Shown one piece after another: positions 34,681 to 45,096 of a stretch of 64,000 bases of DNA. Every line of letters starts with the position of its first letter. The first letter of the stretch is position 1. A program made the translations under genes and the position numbers. The notes below the pieces were generated by a model. That model did no database searches, was not told the origin of the DNA, and saw only the letters and a program-made list of their open reading frames with translations. Source of the DNA: an uncultured bacterium (GTDB lineage Bacteria > Bacillota > Clostridia > Lachnospirales > Lachnospiraceae); the NCBI GenBank assembly GCA_947063875.1, contig CAMSTY010000010.1, forward strand, positions 11,069 through 75,068, given 5' to 3'.

Positions 34681-35709
34681 ATGCAGAGAGGAAAAGCGAG
34701 TTTGTCGTTTGAACATCCGGCATATATTACAGGAATGGCCTCTGTTGCCGGAAAAAAGGAGGGAGAAGGGCCTCTGGGAAACGCCATTGATGTGGTGGAG
34801 CAGGACCCGATGTTCGGTTCGGAGAACTGGGAGCAGGCTGAGTCCGCCATGCAGAAACAGGCGGCGGACCTGGCCCTGGAAAAAGGGGATATCCATCGAA
34901 AGGATATCCGTTACCTGTTTGCCGGGGACCTGCTGGGACAGCTGATCGCCACATCCTTCGGGACAGTGGACCTGAAGATTCCGCTGTTTGGATTGTACGG
35001 AGCCTGCTCGACCATTGGGGAAGCTTTAAGCCTTGGCGCCATGTGCATCGACGGAGGCCATGCGGATAAGGTGATGGCTATGGCGTCAAGCCATTATGCG
35101 ACGGCGGAAAAGCAGTTCCGGTTTCCGCTGGGATACGGAAATCAGAGGCCGCAGTGTACGACCTGGACGGTCACTGGATGCGGAGCGCTGGTCTTGTCAA
35201 AAAAAGGGAGCGACGACCAGGTGAAAATCACCGGTATCACCACCGGAAGGATGGTCGATCTGGGGGCGAAGGATTCCATGAATATGGGCGCTGCCATGGC
35301 GCCGGCTGCTTGGGACACCATTATGCAGAACTTTAAGGATTTTGATGTGGATGAGAGTCGGTATGACAAGATTATTACCGGAGATCTGGGAGAAGTCGGA
35401 CAAAAAATCCTCTTGGATTTTATGAAAAATGAAGGGCATGACATTTCCGAAAAACATATGGACTGCGGGTTGGAAATTTATGATAACAAGACGCAGGACA
35501 CGCATTCCGGCGGGAGCGGCTGCGGATGTGCGGCGGTGACCTTGTGTGCGGGGATTCTCCCGCAGATGATTCGGGGAAGCTGGGAGCGGATATTGTTTGT
35601 GCCTACAGGCGCGCTGCTGTCTACGGTCAGCTACAATGAAGGGCAGAGCATTCCTGGTATTGCCCATGCAGTGATTCTGGAACGGACAGGAGGGAAAAAG
35701 AAGAAATGA
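34681..35709 (+). CDS. spoVAD: Stage V sporulation protein AD (thiolase-like fold)
   Basis: FEHPAYITGMASVAGKKEGEGPLG...FAGDLLGQ...GLYGACST...SGGSGCGCAA are SpoVAD hallmarks. Confidence 0.9.
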   Translation: MQRGKASLSFEHPAYITGMASVAGKKEGEGPLGNAIDVVEQDPMFGSENWEQAESAMQKQAADLALEKGDIHRKDIRYLFAGDLLGQLIATSFGTVDLKIPLFGLYGACSTIGEALSLGAMCIDGGHADKVMAMASSHYATAEKQFRFPLGYGNQRPQCTTWTVTGCGALVLSKKGSDDQVKITGITTGRMVDLGAKDSMNMGAAMAPAAWDTIMQNFKDFDVDESRYDKIITGDLGEVGQKILLDFMKNEGHDISEKHMDCGLEIYDNKTQDTHSGGSGCGCAAVTLCAGILPQMIRGSWERILFVPTGALLSTVSYNEGQSIPGIAHAVILERTGGKKKK

Positions 35710-36065
35710 TGGAACTGATAAAAGCATTTGTGGTCGGAGGGACGTTATGCGCCCTGGTGCAGATTTTGCTCAACAAGACAAAATTGATGCCGGGCCGGGT
35801 GATGGTTCTTCTGGTGGTCTCCGGCGCTGTTTTGGGCTGGCTGGGGATTTATGAGCCTTTTGCGAAATGGGCGGGCGCAGGCGCTTCGGTGCCGCTTCTT
35901 GGCTTTGGAAACACCCTGTGGAAGGGAGTGGCCAAAAGCCTGGGAGAAGAAGGGTTTTTAGGAATTTTTAAAGGAGGGCTGACGGCGGCATCCGCAGGAA
36001 TAGCAGGAGCGATGATTTTTGGCTATCTGGGTTCTATTGCTTTCAAGCCTAAGATGAAAGGCTGA
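35706..36065 (+). CDS. spoVAE: Stage V sporulation protein AE (SpoVAEB-like)
   Basis: 119-aa membrane protein FVVGGTLCALVQIL...GAGASVPLLGFGN. Its start overlaps the spoVAD stop (ATGA). Confidence 0.85.
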   Translation: MMELIKAFVVGGTLCALVQILLNKTKLMPGRVMVLLVVSGAVLGWLGIYEPFAKWAGAGASVPLLGFGNTLWKGVAKSLGEEGFLGIFKGGLTAASAGIAGAMIFGYLGSIAFKPKMKG

Positions 36066-36073
36066 AAAGAAGG

Positions 36074-36129
36074 AAAAACGGCACTGTTTGACATCCCTGA
36101 AAAGGGAGTCTGGCAGTGCCGTTTTTTTA
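36074..36129. terminator. Bidirectional terminator between the convergent spoVAE and PBP genes
   Basis: AAAAACGGCACTG...CAGTGCCGTTTTTTT, with an inner TCCCT-gaaa-AGGGA stem. Confidence 0.7.
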
Positions 36130-36139
36130 GAAAATGATA

Positions 36140-38809
36140 TCAATCCTGTCCCGGCCCGTTGGATATTGCGGAGCCGGAATAACCGGCGCCCGGAGAGACA
36201 TATCCGGGGCCAATGGGTCTTGGCTCGCTGCTTTCCGTGCTCTCAGGAGCCTCGCCGGATTCCGGTTCAATGACTGCCGCGGCATGTCCGGGACATCGCC
36301 GGGAGGACAGTGCAAAGGCGGAATCATCCGTGGAAGCTTCCGCATCGGCCGGCAGGGCGATCCGGATTCTGGTGGCCCGGGGGCAGAAGGTCCCGGGAAG
36401 CAGCCCGGAGGAAGCGCACACGGTCGCGCGTACATGCGTGTCGCAGACTTCGGTGGGAACGCTTCCCTTGGCAAAATATTCCGTGTAGGTGGCGTTTCCC
36501 CTGGGGTCGCTGGAGCAGACGCCCGGAATGGCCAGCTTGCCGGATTTGCGGCAGATCTCCGCGGTCTCAACGCTGTCCGGAACATTAAAGCCGGGGTCAG
36601 GAAGATCTTCATGGAGCCTGGTCATAATCTTTCGCCAGATGGCTTTGTGGAAAGAAGTGTTGCCGTTGACGCCGCCCAGCCGCTGGTTGTTGTCACAGCC
36701 GGCCCAGATACCGGCTGTGTAATAGGGCGTGAAACCCACGAACCAGATATCTACGTTGTTGGAGGTCGTGCCGCTCTTGCCGGCGTTTGACATTCCCGGA
36801 ATGTTTGCCGCCACGCTGGTGGAGTTGACGCTGACGCCGGAACGGGCGAACTTACGGTGGCTTTCCATGGAATCGGCCAAAGCGTCCGTAAGCAGGAATG
36901 CGGTGGAGTCTTTGATTACCCGATGGGTCTCCGGCTCGTTGTCAATCAGGATCTTGCCGTTGTGATCCAGAATCCGGGTGAAAAAGACCGGTTTGGTGTA
37001 GATTCCGCCGTTGGCGATGGAGGCATAGGCGGCAGTCAGTTCCAGGTTGGTGACGCCCCTGGTGACGCCGCCCAGGGCCGTGGCGGCATTTAAATCCGTG
37101 TCCGTCAGGGTGGTGATGCCGAAGTTTTTGGCATATTCCACGCCAAGCTGAGGGGATACGGTCTCCATCAGGCAGCGGACCGCCACGATGTTCATGGAAT
37201 AAATGATGCCGTCCCGGATGCTGGAGTAGCCCAGATACCCCTGGCTGTACCAGTTGGAAAAGGTTTTGGTGCCGACGGTGAACGGTTCATCATAATAAAC
37301 CGTGCCCAGGGTGGCGCCGCAGGTATCGATGGCAGGGGCAAAGGCAGTGATAACCTTGAAGGTCGAACCTGGCTGCCTGGTGGAGCCGCTGGCGCGCTTT
37401 AAGGTCAGGCTGTCGGTTTTCTGCCCGCGGCCGCCGCTGATGGCCTTGACCTGCCCGCTGCGCTGGTCCATGAGCACAAAGGAAACCTGAGGCTGCAGTA
37501 TGGTGGAGAACTTTTCTCCGATAATCGTATCTTCCGGAGCAAGCCGGTAGGCCTTGTAAGCCTCTACGTCAGCCGAAGCCGCCTCTTCGGTATTGTATAA
37601 ACCGTCGAATTTGTCATGAAGCACGCCCCTGTGCCAGTTCTGGATATCTTTTTCCGAGAAATGCTCGGTACTTCCGTCCGAATGGGTTACGGACAGCCGG
37701 TACTCGATGGAATAGCGCGTGGCGGTATAGTTGGCCGGGTTGTTGACCTCCTCGTCAACGATTGCCTGGATAGCCGGGTCTAAGGTGGTCTGGATCTGAA
37801 GGCCCCCGCCGTAAAGGAGGTTGTGGGCCTGCGTCTCTGAATAGCCAAGCTTTTCCATGAGGGAGTCCTTGACCTGCTGGATCAGCTCGTCGGTGAAATA
37901 ACTGTAGGGGGTGGTCGCGGCCTCCCGCGTTATGATGTTCACATTCTGGATGCGGGAATAGACGTCATCGGCCAGCGCCTCCTCCTGCTGCGCCTTGTCA
38001 ATATAACCCTGGTCCACCATATACTGAAGGATGATCTCCCGTTTTTCTGCATTATTCTCCGGGTGGGAGATCGGGTCAAAGCGGGATGGGCTCTGGGTGA
38101 TTCCGGCCAGTACCGTAGACTCCGATAACGTGAGGTCGGAAACCTCCTTATCAAAATAGCGGCGCGCCGCCACCTTGACGCCCAGGGTATTGTTGCCTAA
38201 GTTGATGGTGTTTAGATAGTTCGTCAGGATCAGTTCCTTGTTCATGGATTTGCTGAGCTTCAGGGCCAGGTATTGCTCCTGGAGCTTCCGCTCCAGCTTG
38301 GCGCCGAAGCTGGTCTCCATGCCTCCGTTAAATACATTGTTCTTGATCAGCTGCTGGGTGATGGTGCTTCCGCCGCCGAGATTCTCTCCCTTGATCACGC
38401 CGTAAGCGGCACGGGAAATGGAACGCAGGTCAATGCCGTTGTGTTTCCAGAAGCGGGCGTCCTCGATAGCGACGAAGGCGTTGATCAGTTCCTCGGGGAG
38501 TTCCTCATAGGTTGCTTCCTCACGGTTGGCGCCTGCCATGACCAGGGTGTCGGTCAGGTTGCCGGCGCTGTCATAGATGGTAGTGGCATAACCCATGGGA
38601 ACAATGCTTTCCACATCGATGTCCGGCGCGCTGTCGATGATGCCCATAAACATACCGAATCCGGTGCTGCAGGCCACCAGGACGGCGAACAGGCAGAGGA
38701 CAAAGCAGGATTTGAATATGGTCAGCAGGATGCGGGAAGTATATTTCTCGGCGTTGGAACCGGCCGCTTTTATCTTTTTTTCGGTTGCATGCTTTCCGTA
38801 ATTCATCAT
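36140..38809 (-). CDS. Bifunctional class A penicillin-binding protein (glycosyltransferase 51 plus transpeptidase), PBP1A-like
   Basis: GT51 motifs AIEDARFWKHNGID and GGSTITQQL. Transpeptidase motifs STFK, SMN and KSGT. N-terminal TM anchor. Start at MMNYGK behind AAAGGAGAA (the ORF track extends to 38839). Low-complexity Pro/Gly/Ser tail. Confidence 0.9.
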   Translation of the reverse strand: MMNYGKHATEKKIKAAGSNAEKYTSRILLTIFKSCFVLCLFAVLVACSTGFGMFMGIIDSAPDIDVESIVPMGYATTIYDSAGNLTDTLVMAGANREEATYEELPEELINAFVAIEDARFWKHNGIDLRSISRAAYGVIKGENLGGGSTITQQLIKNNVFNGGMETSFGAKLERKLQEQYLALKLSKSMNKELILTNYLNTINLGNNTLGVKVAARRYFDKEVSDLTLSESTVLAGITQSPSRFDPISHPENNAEKREIILQYMVDQGYIDKAQQEEALADDVYSRIQNVNIITREAATTPYSYFTDELIQQVKDSLMEKLGYSETQAHNLLYGGGLQIQTTLDPAIQAIVDEEVNNPANYTATRYSIEYRLSVTHSDGSTEHFSEKDIQNWHRGVLHDKFDGLYNTEEAASADVEAYKAYRLAPEDTIIGEKFSTILQPQVSFVLMDQRSGQVKAISGGRGQKTDSLTLKRASGSTRQPGSTFKVITAFAPAIDTCGATLGTVYYDEPFTVGTKTFSNWYSQGYLGYSSIRDGIIYSMNIVAVRCLMETVSPQLGVEYAKNFGITTLTDTDLNAATALGGVTRGVTNLELTAAYASIANGGIYTKPVFFTRILDHNGKILIDNEPETHRVIKDSTAFLLTDALADSMESHRKFARSGVSVNSTSVAANIPGMSNAGKSGTTSNNVDIWFVGFTPYYTAGIWAGCDNNQRLGGVNGNTSFHKAIWRKIMTRLHEDLPDPGFNVPDSVETAEICRKSGKLAIPGVCSSDPRGNATYTEYFAKGSVPTEVCDTHVRATVCASSGLLPGTFCPRATRIRIALPADAEASTDDSAFALSSRRCPGHAAAVIEPESGEAPESTESSEPRPIGPGYVSPGAGYSGSAISNGPGQD

Positions 38810-38936
38810 TTTCTCCTTTCTGTGCGCGTCTTGCGGCACAAATAGGTATAAACCCGGATTCCATTATAGCAAAAATTGTGGTACAATTCAATCAATAAGG
38901 TTAAAAAGATTGAGGCAGGGCCAGGAGGAGCGTTTC

Positions 38937-39587
38937 ATGATGGAGGCTTATAAAATTCTTTACCAGGGCGGCGAAGGGGAACTGGTGGAGAAAAAATCAC
39001 GCTTTATAGCCACGACAAGGCCGGTGAAGACGGAAGAAGAGGCGGCGGCGTTTGTGGAGGAGATGAAGAAAAAATACTGGGATGCCAGACATAACTGCCA
39101 TGCCTGGGTGATCGGGGAGAGGGGGCAGCTGTGCCGCTGCAGCGACGACGGGGAACCGGCGCAGACGGCGGGCAGGCCGATGCTTGACGTCCTTTTAGGA
39201 GAGGGGATACGGGATATCTGCGTGGTGGTGACCCGCTATTTCGGCGGCACGCTTCTGGGCACCGGCGGACTGGTGCGCGCGTATTCCGGCGCGGTGCAGG
39301 AGGGGCTGCGCAGCAGCGTGGTGGTGGAAAAGCTTCCCGGCAGGCGCCTTAGGATTGTCACCGATTATAACGGAATCGGAAAAGTCCAGTATGTGGCCGG
39401 GCAGCTGGGCGCTGCGGTGCTGGATACAGAGTATACGCAGCAGGTGGCAGTGACGCTGATGGCGCCGCCGGATGCGGCCGGGCAGCTGATCGCGCAGGTG
39501 ACGGAACGGACAGCCGGGAAGGCACAGATTGAAGAGGAAGGGATGCAGTATTACGGGATCGTGCAGGGGGAGATTCTTTTATTCTGA
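38937..39587 (+). CDS. yigZ: YigZ / IMPACT-family protein
   Basis: KKSRFIATTRPVKTEEEA..F.EEMKKKYWDARHNCHAWV...DDGEPAQTAG is the IMPACT/UPF0029 signature. RBS AGGAGG. Confidence 0.85.
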   Translation: MMEAYKILYQGGEGELVEKKSRFIATTRPVKTEEEAAAFVEEMKKKYWDARHNCHAWVIGERGQLCRCSDDGEPAQTAGRPMLDVLLGEGIRDICVVVTRYFGGTLLGTGGLVRAYSGAVQEGLRSSVVVEKLPGRRLRIVTDYNGIGKVQYVAGQLGAAVLDTEYTQQVAVTLMAPPDAAGQLIAQVTERTAGKAQIEEEGMQYYGIVQGEILLF

Positions 39588-39610
39588 ACCCTGGTTTTAC
39601 AAATAACTGC

Positions 39611-39639
39611 TTGCAATCTTCCTCCGAAGATGCTATATT
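39611..39639 (+). promoter_or_regulatory. Sigma-A-like promoter candidate upstream of typA
   Basis: TTGCAA, 17-nt spacer, TATATT. Confidence 0.45.
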
Positions 39640-39659
39640 AGTACCTTGTAGTTATCAGG

Positions 39660-39693
39660 AGCTAAGGACCGACACCGTGTTCTTAGCTTTTTT
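39660..39693 (+). terminator. Terminator-like hairpin in the yigZ-typA spacer (yigZ terminator and/or typA leader attenuator)
   Basis: AGCTAAG-15 nt loop-CTTAGCT followed by TTTTT. It lies 30 nt upstream of the typA ATG. Confidence 0.5.
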
Positions 39694-39723
39694 AGGGAAA
39701 AAGCGTACAGCGTGGAGGAAAAC

Positions 39724-41550
39724 ATGAAAAGAGAAGATGTCAGAAACGTGGCCATTATTGCCCATGTAGACCATGGAAAGACCACACTGGTCGATGAATT
39801 ATTAAAGAGCAGCGGCGTATTCCGGGCCAATCAGGAGGTTGTGGAGCGGGTTATGGACTCCAATGATATCGAGCGGGAGAGGGGAATCACCATTCTCTCC
39901 AAAAATACGGCCGTTTTTTACAAAAATACCAGGATTAATATTATTGATACTCCCGGACATGCCGATTTCGGCGGAGAAGTGGAACGGGTCCTGAAAATGG
40001 TGAACGGCGTGATCCTGGTGGTGGATGCCTATGAGGGGCCGATGCCGCAGACGAAGTTCGTACTGAAAAAGGCCCTGGAACTGGATTTGCCGGCGATCGT
40101 CTGCATCAATAAGATTGACCGGCCGGAGGCGAGGCCGGAAGAGGTGATCGATGAAGTGCTGGAGCTGTTCATGGACCTGGATGCCTCGGATGAGCAGCTG
40201 GATTGCCCGTTTTTGTTCGCCTCGGCGAGAGCCGGCTTTGCAAAAAAGCAGCTGGAGGACCCCGAGGAGGATATGAGGCCACTCTTTGAGACGATTGTGG
40301 ACTATATCCCGGCGCCGGAGGGCGATCCCAAGGCGGATACCCAGATGCTGATCAGCACCATCGACTACAACGAATATGTGGGCAGGATCGGTATCGGAAA
40401 GATTGACAACGGCACGATCCGGGTCAACCAGGAATGCGTGATTGTCAATCACCACGACCCGGATAAGCTGCGGAAAGTAAAGATCGGCAAGCTGTATCAG
40501 TTCGACGGGTTGAACCGGGTGGAGGTGGCAGAGGCACAGATGGGGGACATCGTGGCCGTGTCGGGAATCACGGACTTGCATATCGGAGATACGCTCTGTT
40601 CCCCGGAGCATCCGGAATCCATTCCCTTCCAGAAGATCTCCGAGCCGACGATTGCCATGAATTTTATGGTCAATGACAGCCCGCTGGCCGGTCAGGAGGG
40701 CAAGTATGTCACCTCCCGCCATATCCGGGAGCGCCTGTTCCGGGAACTGAACACAGACGTGAGCCTGCGGGTGGAGGAGACCGATTCCCCGGACTGCTTT
40801 AAAGTGTCCGGACGCGGGGAGCTGCATTTGTCGGTCCTGATTGAGAATATGCGGCGTGAGGGATATGAGTTTGCGGTCAGCAAGGCGGAAGTCCTGTATA
40901 AATATAATGAGCGGAACCAGAAACTGGAGCCGATGGAGCTGGCTTACATTGATGTTCCGGAAGAATTCACCGGTTCCGTAATCCAGAAGCTGACCTCCCG
41001 CAAGGGCGAACTGCAGGGGATGAGCCCGGTGAGCGGCGGCTATACCCGCCTGGAATTTGCCATCCCCTCCCGGGGCCTGATCGGCTATCGCGGAGAGTTC
41101 CTGACAGATACCAAGGGCAACGGCATTATGAATACCATTTTTGACGAGTATGCGCCCTACAAGGGAGATTTAAATTACCGCAAGACAGGTTCCCTGATTG
41201 CCTATGAGAGCGGGGAGACGATCACTTACGGGCTGTTCAACGCCCAGGAACGGGGCCTTTTGTTTGTAGGCCCGGGCGAGAAGGTATACGGCGGCATGGT
41301 GATCGGCCAGAACCCGAAAGCCGAGGATATCGAGGTCAATGTGTGCAAGACAAAAAAGCTGACCAACACCCGTTCTTCCAGCGCGGATGAAGCCCTGAAG
41401 CTGGTGCCGAAAAAAGAGATGAGCCTGGAACAGTGCCTGGAATTCATCGATACGGATGAACTTTTGGAGGTGACTCCGGCAAATTTGCGGATTCGGAAAA
41501 AGATTCTGGACCCCACTTTGCGCAAGCGGGCTTCTTTTAAGAAACAATAA
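39724..41550 (+). CDS. typA: Translational GTPase TypA/BipA
   Basis: [31 protein letters not shown] and NKIDR. ~608 aa with a BipA-like C-terminus. Confidence 0.95.
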   Translation: MKREDVRNVAIIAHVDHGKTTLVDELLKSSGVFRANQEVVERVMDSNDIERERGITILSKNTAVFYKNTRINIIDTPGHADFGGEVERVLKMVNGVILVVDAYEGPMPQTKFVLKKALELDLPAIVCINKIDRPEARPEEVIDEVLELFMDLDASDEQLDCPFLFASARAGFAKKQLEDPEEDMRPLFETIVDYIPAPEGDPKADTQMLISTIDYNEYVGRIGIGKIDNGTIRVNQECVIVNHHDPDKLRKVKIGKLYQFDGLNRVEVAEAQMGDIVAVSGITDLHIGDTLCSPEHPESIPFQKISEPTIAMNFMVNDSPLAGQEGKYVTSRHIRERLFRELNTDVSLRVEETDSPDCFKVSGRGELHLSVLIENMRREGYEFAVSKAEVLYKYNERNQKLEPMELAYIDVPEEFTGSVIQKLTSRKGELQGMSPVSGGYTRLEFAIPSRGLIGYRGEFLTDTKGNGIMNTIFDEYAPYKGDLNYRKTGSLIAYESGETITYGLFNAQERGLLFVGPGEKVYGGMVIGQNPKAEDIEVNVCKTKKLTNTRSSSADEALKLVPKKEMSLEQCLEFIDTDELLEVTPANLRIRKKILDPTLRKRASFKKQ

Positions 41551-41736
41551 ACGAAGGAATATGTCGGGATTTGACGAGCGAAAAGCTTCATATCTGTGTT
41601 TTCTTTTTCATAGACATATAAGTGAAGAAGGACTGTCTTTCCATAAGAAAGCCTGCATAAAAGACGGGCGCCGGCTTTTTATGACAAGATGGCAAAAGCA
41701 AATATGAATATGAAAAAGGAAGAGGAGAGAAGTACC

Positions 41737-42387
41737 ATGGCAGAAAAAGTAATTGAAAATAACAAAGTAAGCGTAATTGGAGAGATTATTTCCGAATTCA
41801 CCTTCAGCCATGAGGTGTTTGGGGAAGGGTTTTATGTGGTGGACGTAGCGGTCAACCGCCTGAGCGAGCAGGCCGATATCATTCCGCTGATGATTTCTGA
41901 CCGCCTGATTCATGTGCAGGAAGATTACCGGGGCTGTACGGTGGAAGCGATCGGCCAGTTCCGCTCTTACAACCGTCATGAAGGGATCAAAAACAGGCTG
42001 GTGTTGTCTGTGTTTGTGAGAGAGATCAATTTCCTGGAAGAATTTACGGATTATACCAAGACCAATCAGATCTTTCTGGACGGATATATCTGTAAGGAAC
42101 CCATTTACCGGAAGACTCCTCTGGGACGGGAGATTGCCGATCTTCTGCTGGCAGTGAACCGGCCCTATGGGAAATCGGACTATATTCCCTGCATTGCCTG
42201 GGGCCGTAACGCACGTTTTGCCTCAGGGTTTGAGGTGGGGACCCGGGTACGGGTCTGGGGCCGGGTCCAGAGCCGGGAATACACCAAGAAATTGTCGGAG
42301 ACAGAATGCGAGAAGCGCGTGGCCTATGAGGTGTCGATCAGCAAGCTGGAATGCGGCGATGAGGAGATGCAGGGAGTCATCGGATAG
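41737..42387 (+). CDS. SSB-like protein with two OB-fold-like halves
   Basis: 216 aa. Repeated architecture (NKVSVIGEIISEFTFSHE..., NQIFLDGYICKEPIYRKTPLGREIADLLLAVNR...IPCIAWGRNA..VRVWGRVQSREY) resembles the SSB/PriB-type OB fold. RBS GAGGAGAG. Confidence 0.6.
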   Translation: MAEKVIENNKVSVIGEIISEFTFSHEVFGEGFYVVDVAVNRLSEQADIIPLMISDRLIHVQEDYRGCTVEAIGQFRSYNRHEGIKNRLVLSVFVREINFLEEFTDYTKTNQIFLDGYICKEPIYRKTPLGREIADLLLAVNRPYGKSDYIPCIAWGRNARFASGFEVGTRVRVWGRVQSREYTKKLSETECEKRVAYEVSISKLECGDEEMQGVIG

Positions 42388-42448
42388 CAGGAAGCAAAAG
42401 AAGGGGCAGGAATAAGGCGGCTGTCAAAGGTACAGAGGAGTTAAAAAC

Positions 42449-42949
42449 ATGAATACTGGAAAAATAGAAATTATTTACGGGGAAGGGTCCGGCAAGACGG
42501 CGATGGCGCTGGGAAAAGGACTTCAGGCGCTGGCGTACCGTAAAAAGGTGATCATCATCCAGTTTCTGAAGGGAAGCCAGGATCAGGATAAGATGGAAGT
42601 GATCAGGCGGCTGGAACCGGAGATGAATGTGTTTCGCTTTGAGAAGTCGGGATGCAATTTTGAAGAACTCTCCGATCAGGCAAAGCAGGAGGAATGCGCC
42701 AATATCCGCAACGGCGTCAATTATGCCAGAAAGGTACTGGCCACGCGGGAGTGTGACCTGCTGATTCTGGATGAGGTGCTGGGGCTTTTGGACCAGGAGA
42801 TTGTGCTGGAACCGGAACTGGAGCAGATCCTGGAGTGCCGGGGAGGGGTAGACGTGATTCTCACCGGAAGGCTTCTGCCGGAAAGCCTGGCGGTTATGGC
42901 AGACCGGATTGACCGGATTACCAGGATTGCATCCGGCAGGGAGATATAG
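42449..42949 (+). CDS. Cob(I)yrinic acid a,c-diamide adenosyltransferase-like (CobA/CobO/BtuR family) protein
   Basis: IEIIYGEGSGKTAMALGKGLQA (P-loop-like), IIIQFLKG and DLLILDEV are typical of the CobO/BtuR family. Confidence 0.75.
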   Translation: MNTGKIEIIYGEGSGKTAMALGKGLQALAYRKKVIIIQFLKGSQDQDKMEVIRRLEPEMNVFRFEKSGCNFEELSDQAKQEECANIRNGVNYARKVLATRECDLLILDEVLGLLDQEIVLEPELEQILECRGGVDVILTGRLLPESLAVMADRIDRITRIASGREI

Positions 42950-42981
42950 CGAAGGCAACCCCGGACCTTAAAAAGTTCTGG

Positions 42982-43010
42982 TTGACAAAGAACGGCAATG
43001 ATGATAGTAT
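42982..43010 (+). promoter_or_regulatory. Sigma-A promoter for the lysine riboswitch-dapAB transcript
   Basis: TTGACA, 17-nt spacer, TAGTAT. Confidence 0.55.
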
Positions 43011-43024
43011 TTTGATATTATAGA

Positions 43025-43272
43025 AGTAGAGGTTGCGTGAAGCAAGAGTAGCCTGCCGGATGTTCCAGAGACAGTAGATGGCAGAGGAAAGGGCCGAACG
43101 CCGAAGGCGGATGCAGTCTGGCTGTATCTGTCTGGGCACAGGGTTAAGAACTCTGTGACTGTCATCCGGGACCGGGTGGAGTGCTTGTGGTCGGATGGAG
43201 AGCTGCTCAAAAGAGGATTATTAAGGATATGATAACTTTTGGGGGAGCCATCCGGGTGGCTCCCTTTTTGTG
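43025..43272 (+). promoter_or_regulatory. Lysine riboswitch (L-box) with intrinsic terminator
   Basis: L-box landmarks: AGAGGTTGCG, GAGTAGCC, GGCAGAGGAAAGGGCCGAACGCCGAAGG, GACTGTCA, TGGAGAGCTGCT. Terminator GGGAGCCA-tccgg-GTGGCTCCC plus TTTTTG at 43241-43272. It sits upstream of dapA. Confidence 0.85.
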
Positions 43273-43307
43273 TCCCGCCAAGAGACATATTAAAGGAGGA
43301 ATTTACT

Positions 43308-44192
43308 ATGGCGATTTTTGAAGGTGCAGGCGTAGCGTTAGTGACCCCTTTTCAGGCGGACGGGGAAGTGAACTATAACAAACTGGAGGAAATCCTGGAA
43401 GAGCAGATCGCAGGCGGCACGGATGCCATTATTTCCTGCGGCACGACCGGGGAGTCTTCTACCATGAGCCATGAAGAGCACATAGAGGTGGTGCGTTTTA
43501 CCTGCGAGGTAGTGAAACACAGGATTCCGGTTATTGCCGGAACCGGTTCCAATTCGACCAGGGAGGCCATCCACCTGTCGGAGGCGGCGCAGGAAGCCGG
43601 CGCGGACGGACTGCTGCTGGTGACGCCCTATTACAACAAGGCGACGCAGGCAGGGCTGGCGGCCCATTACACGGCGGTTGCCGATGCGGTAAAGATCCCG
43701 ATTTTGCTGTACCATATTCCCGGCCGTACCGGCGTGACCATGGCGCCGGAGACGATCGTAAAGCTGTGCCGCGAAGTGCCCAACATCGTAGGCGTGAAAG
43801 AAGCCAGCGCCAATTTTTCCGCCATAGCCAAAATCATGAACCTGGCAGACGGATGCGTGGATCTTTATTCCGGCAACGACGACCAGATTGTTCCGCTGAT
43901 GTCCCTGGGCGGAAAAGGCGTGATTTCCGTGTTGTCCAATGTTGCGCCGCGCCAGGCGCATGAGATCTGCAAGGCCTATCTGGCAGGAGACGTAAAGAGA
44001 AGCTGTGAACTGCAGCTTCAGGCGATTCCGCTGATTGACGCCCTGTTCTGCGAGGTGAACCCGATTCCGGTGAAGGCCGCCATGAATCTGATGGGCAAAG
44101 AAGTAGGGCCGCTGCGCCTGCCTTTGACCGAGATGGAGCCGCAGAACCAGGAGAAGCTGAAAAAGGCCATGAAAGAATACCAAATCCTGTAA
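43308..44192 (+). CDS. dapA: 4-hydroxy-tetrahydrodipicolinate synthase
   Basis: GAGVALVTPF, GTTGES and YNKATQ motifs. Start at MAIFEG behind AAAGGAGGA. Confidence 0.95.
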   Translation: MAIFEGAGVALVTPFQADGEVNYNKLEEILEEQIAGGTDAIISCGTTGESSTMSHEEHIEVVRFTCEVVKHRIPVIAGTGSNSTREAIHLSEAAQEAGADGLLLVTPYYNKATQAGLAAHYTAVADAVKIPILLYHIPGRTGVTMAPETIVKLCREVPNIVGVKEASANFSAIAKIMNLADGCVDLYSGNDDQIVPLMSLGGKGVISVLSNVAPRQAHEICKAYLAGDVKRSCELQLQAIPLIDALFCEVNPIPVKAAMNLMGKEVGPLRLPLTEMEPQNQEKLKKAMKEYQIL

Positions 44193-44235
44193 AATCAGGA
44201 AAGAATGAATCGGGACAGGAGAGGATGGGAATCGT

Positions 44236-45000
44236 ATGATCAGGATCATAATGCACGGATGCAACGGGGCCATGGGACAAGTGATATCCCGGCTGGCGGC
44301 GGACATGGAGCAGGTAGAGATCGTGGCGGGAATCGATCCGGATGACCGCGTTGTTTTCGGATATCCGGTATTTCAGAGCCTGGAGACGTGCGGCGTTGAG
44401 GCGGATGTGGTTGTGGACTTTGCTTCGGCGAAGGCAGTGGATCATCTGCTGGAATATTGCGGCGAAAAAGGATTGCCGCTGGTACTCTGCACCACAGGCT
44501 TATCGGAGCAGCAGGCCGCGCAGGTGAAAAAGACGGCGGAAAAAACGGCGGTTCTCCGTTCCGCCAATATGTCGCTGGGCATCAACACGCTGCTGAAGCT
44601 TTTGCAGGATGCGGCCAAAGTACTGGCAGGGGCGGGTTTTGATGTGGAGATTGTAGAGAAGCATCACAACCGGAAGGTGGATGCGCCCAGCGGCACGGCG
44701 CTGGCCCTGGCGGATTCGATCAACGAAGCCATGGGCCATGCCTACCATTATCAGTATGACCGCAGCTTGAACCAGGCAAGAAGAGACCCTCATGAGATCG
44801 GGATACAGGCAGTTCGCGGAGGCACCATCGTGGGAGAGCATGAAGTAATTTTTGCCGGACAGGATGAGGTGGTAACATTTTCCCATACGGCATATTCCAA
44901 AGCGGTTTTTGCCAAGGGAGCGCTGGAAGCGGCGCGGTTTCTGGCCGGAAAGAAGCCGGGGCTTTATACCATGGCGGATGTGATTGCGTCCGCCACATAA
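44236..45000 (+). CDS. dapB: 4-hydroxy-tetrahydrodipicolinate reductase
   Basis: GCNGAMGQ (NAD(P) site) and EIVEKHHNRKVDAPSGTA (DapB signature). Confidence 0.95.
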   Translation: MIRIIMHGCNGAMGQVISRLAADMEQVEIVAGIDPDDRVVFGYPVFQSLETCGVEADVVVDFASAKAVDHLLEYCGEKGLPLVLCTTGLSEQQAAQVKKTAEKTAVLRSANMSLGINTLLKLLQDAAKVLAGAGFDVEIVEKHHNRKVDAPSGTALALADSINEAMGHAYHYQYDRSLNQARRDPHEIGIQAVRGGTIVGEHEVIFAGQDEVVTFSHTAYSKAVFAKGALEAARFLAGKKPGLYTMADVIASAT

Positions 45001-45096
45001 AAAATACAGAAAATGGAACCAGGGAACAGGCAGAATAAAAAACAGGATTCGGTAACATACTAAAGAAGGATAAGCAGAGAAAGGAGAACAGATATT

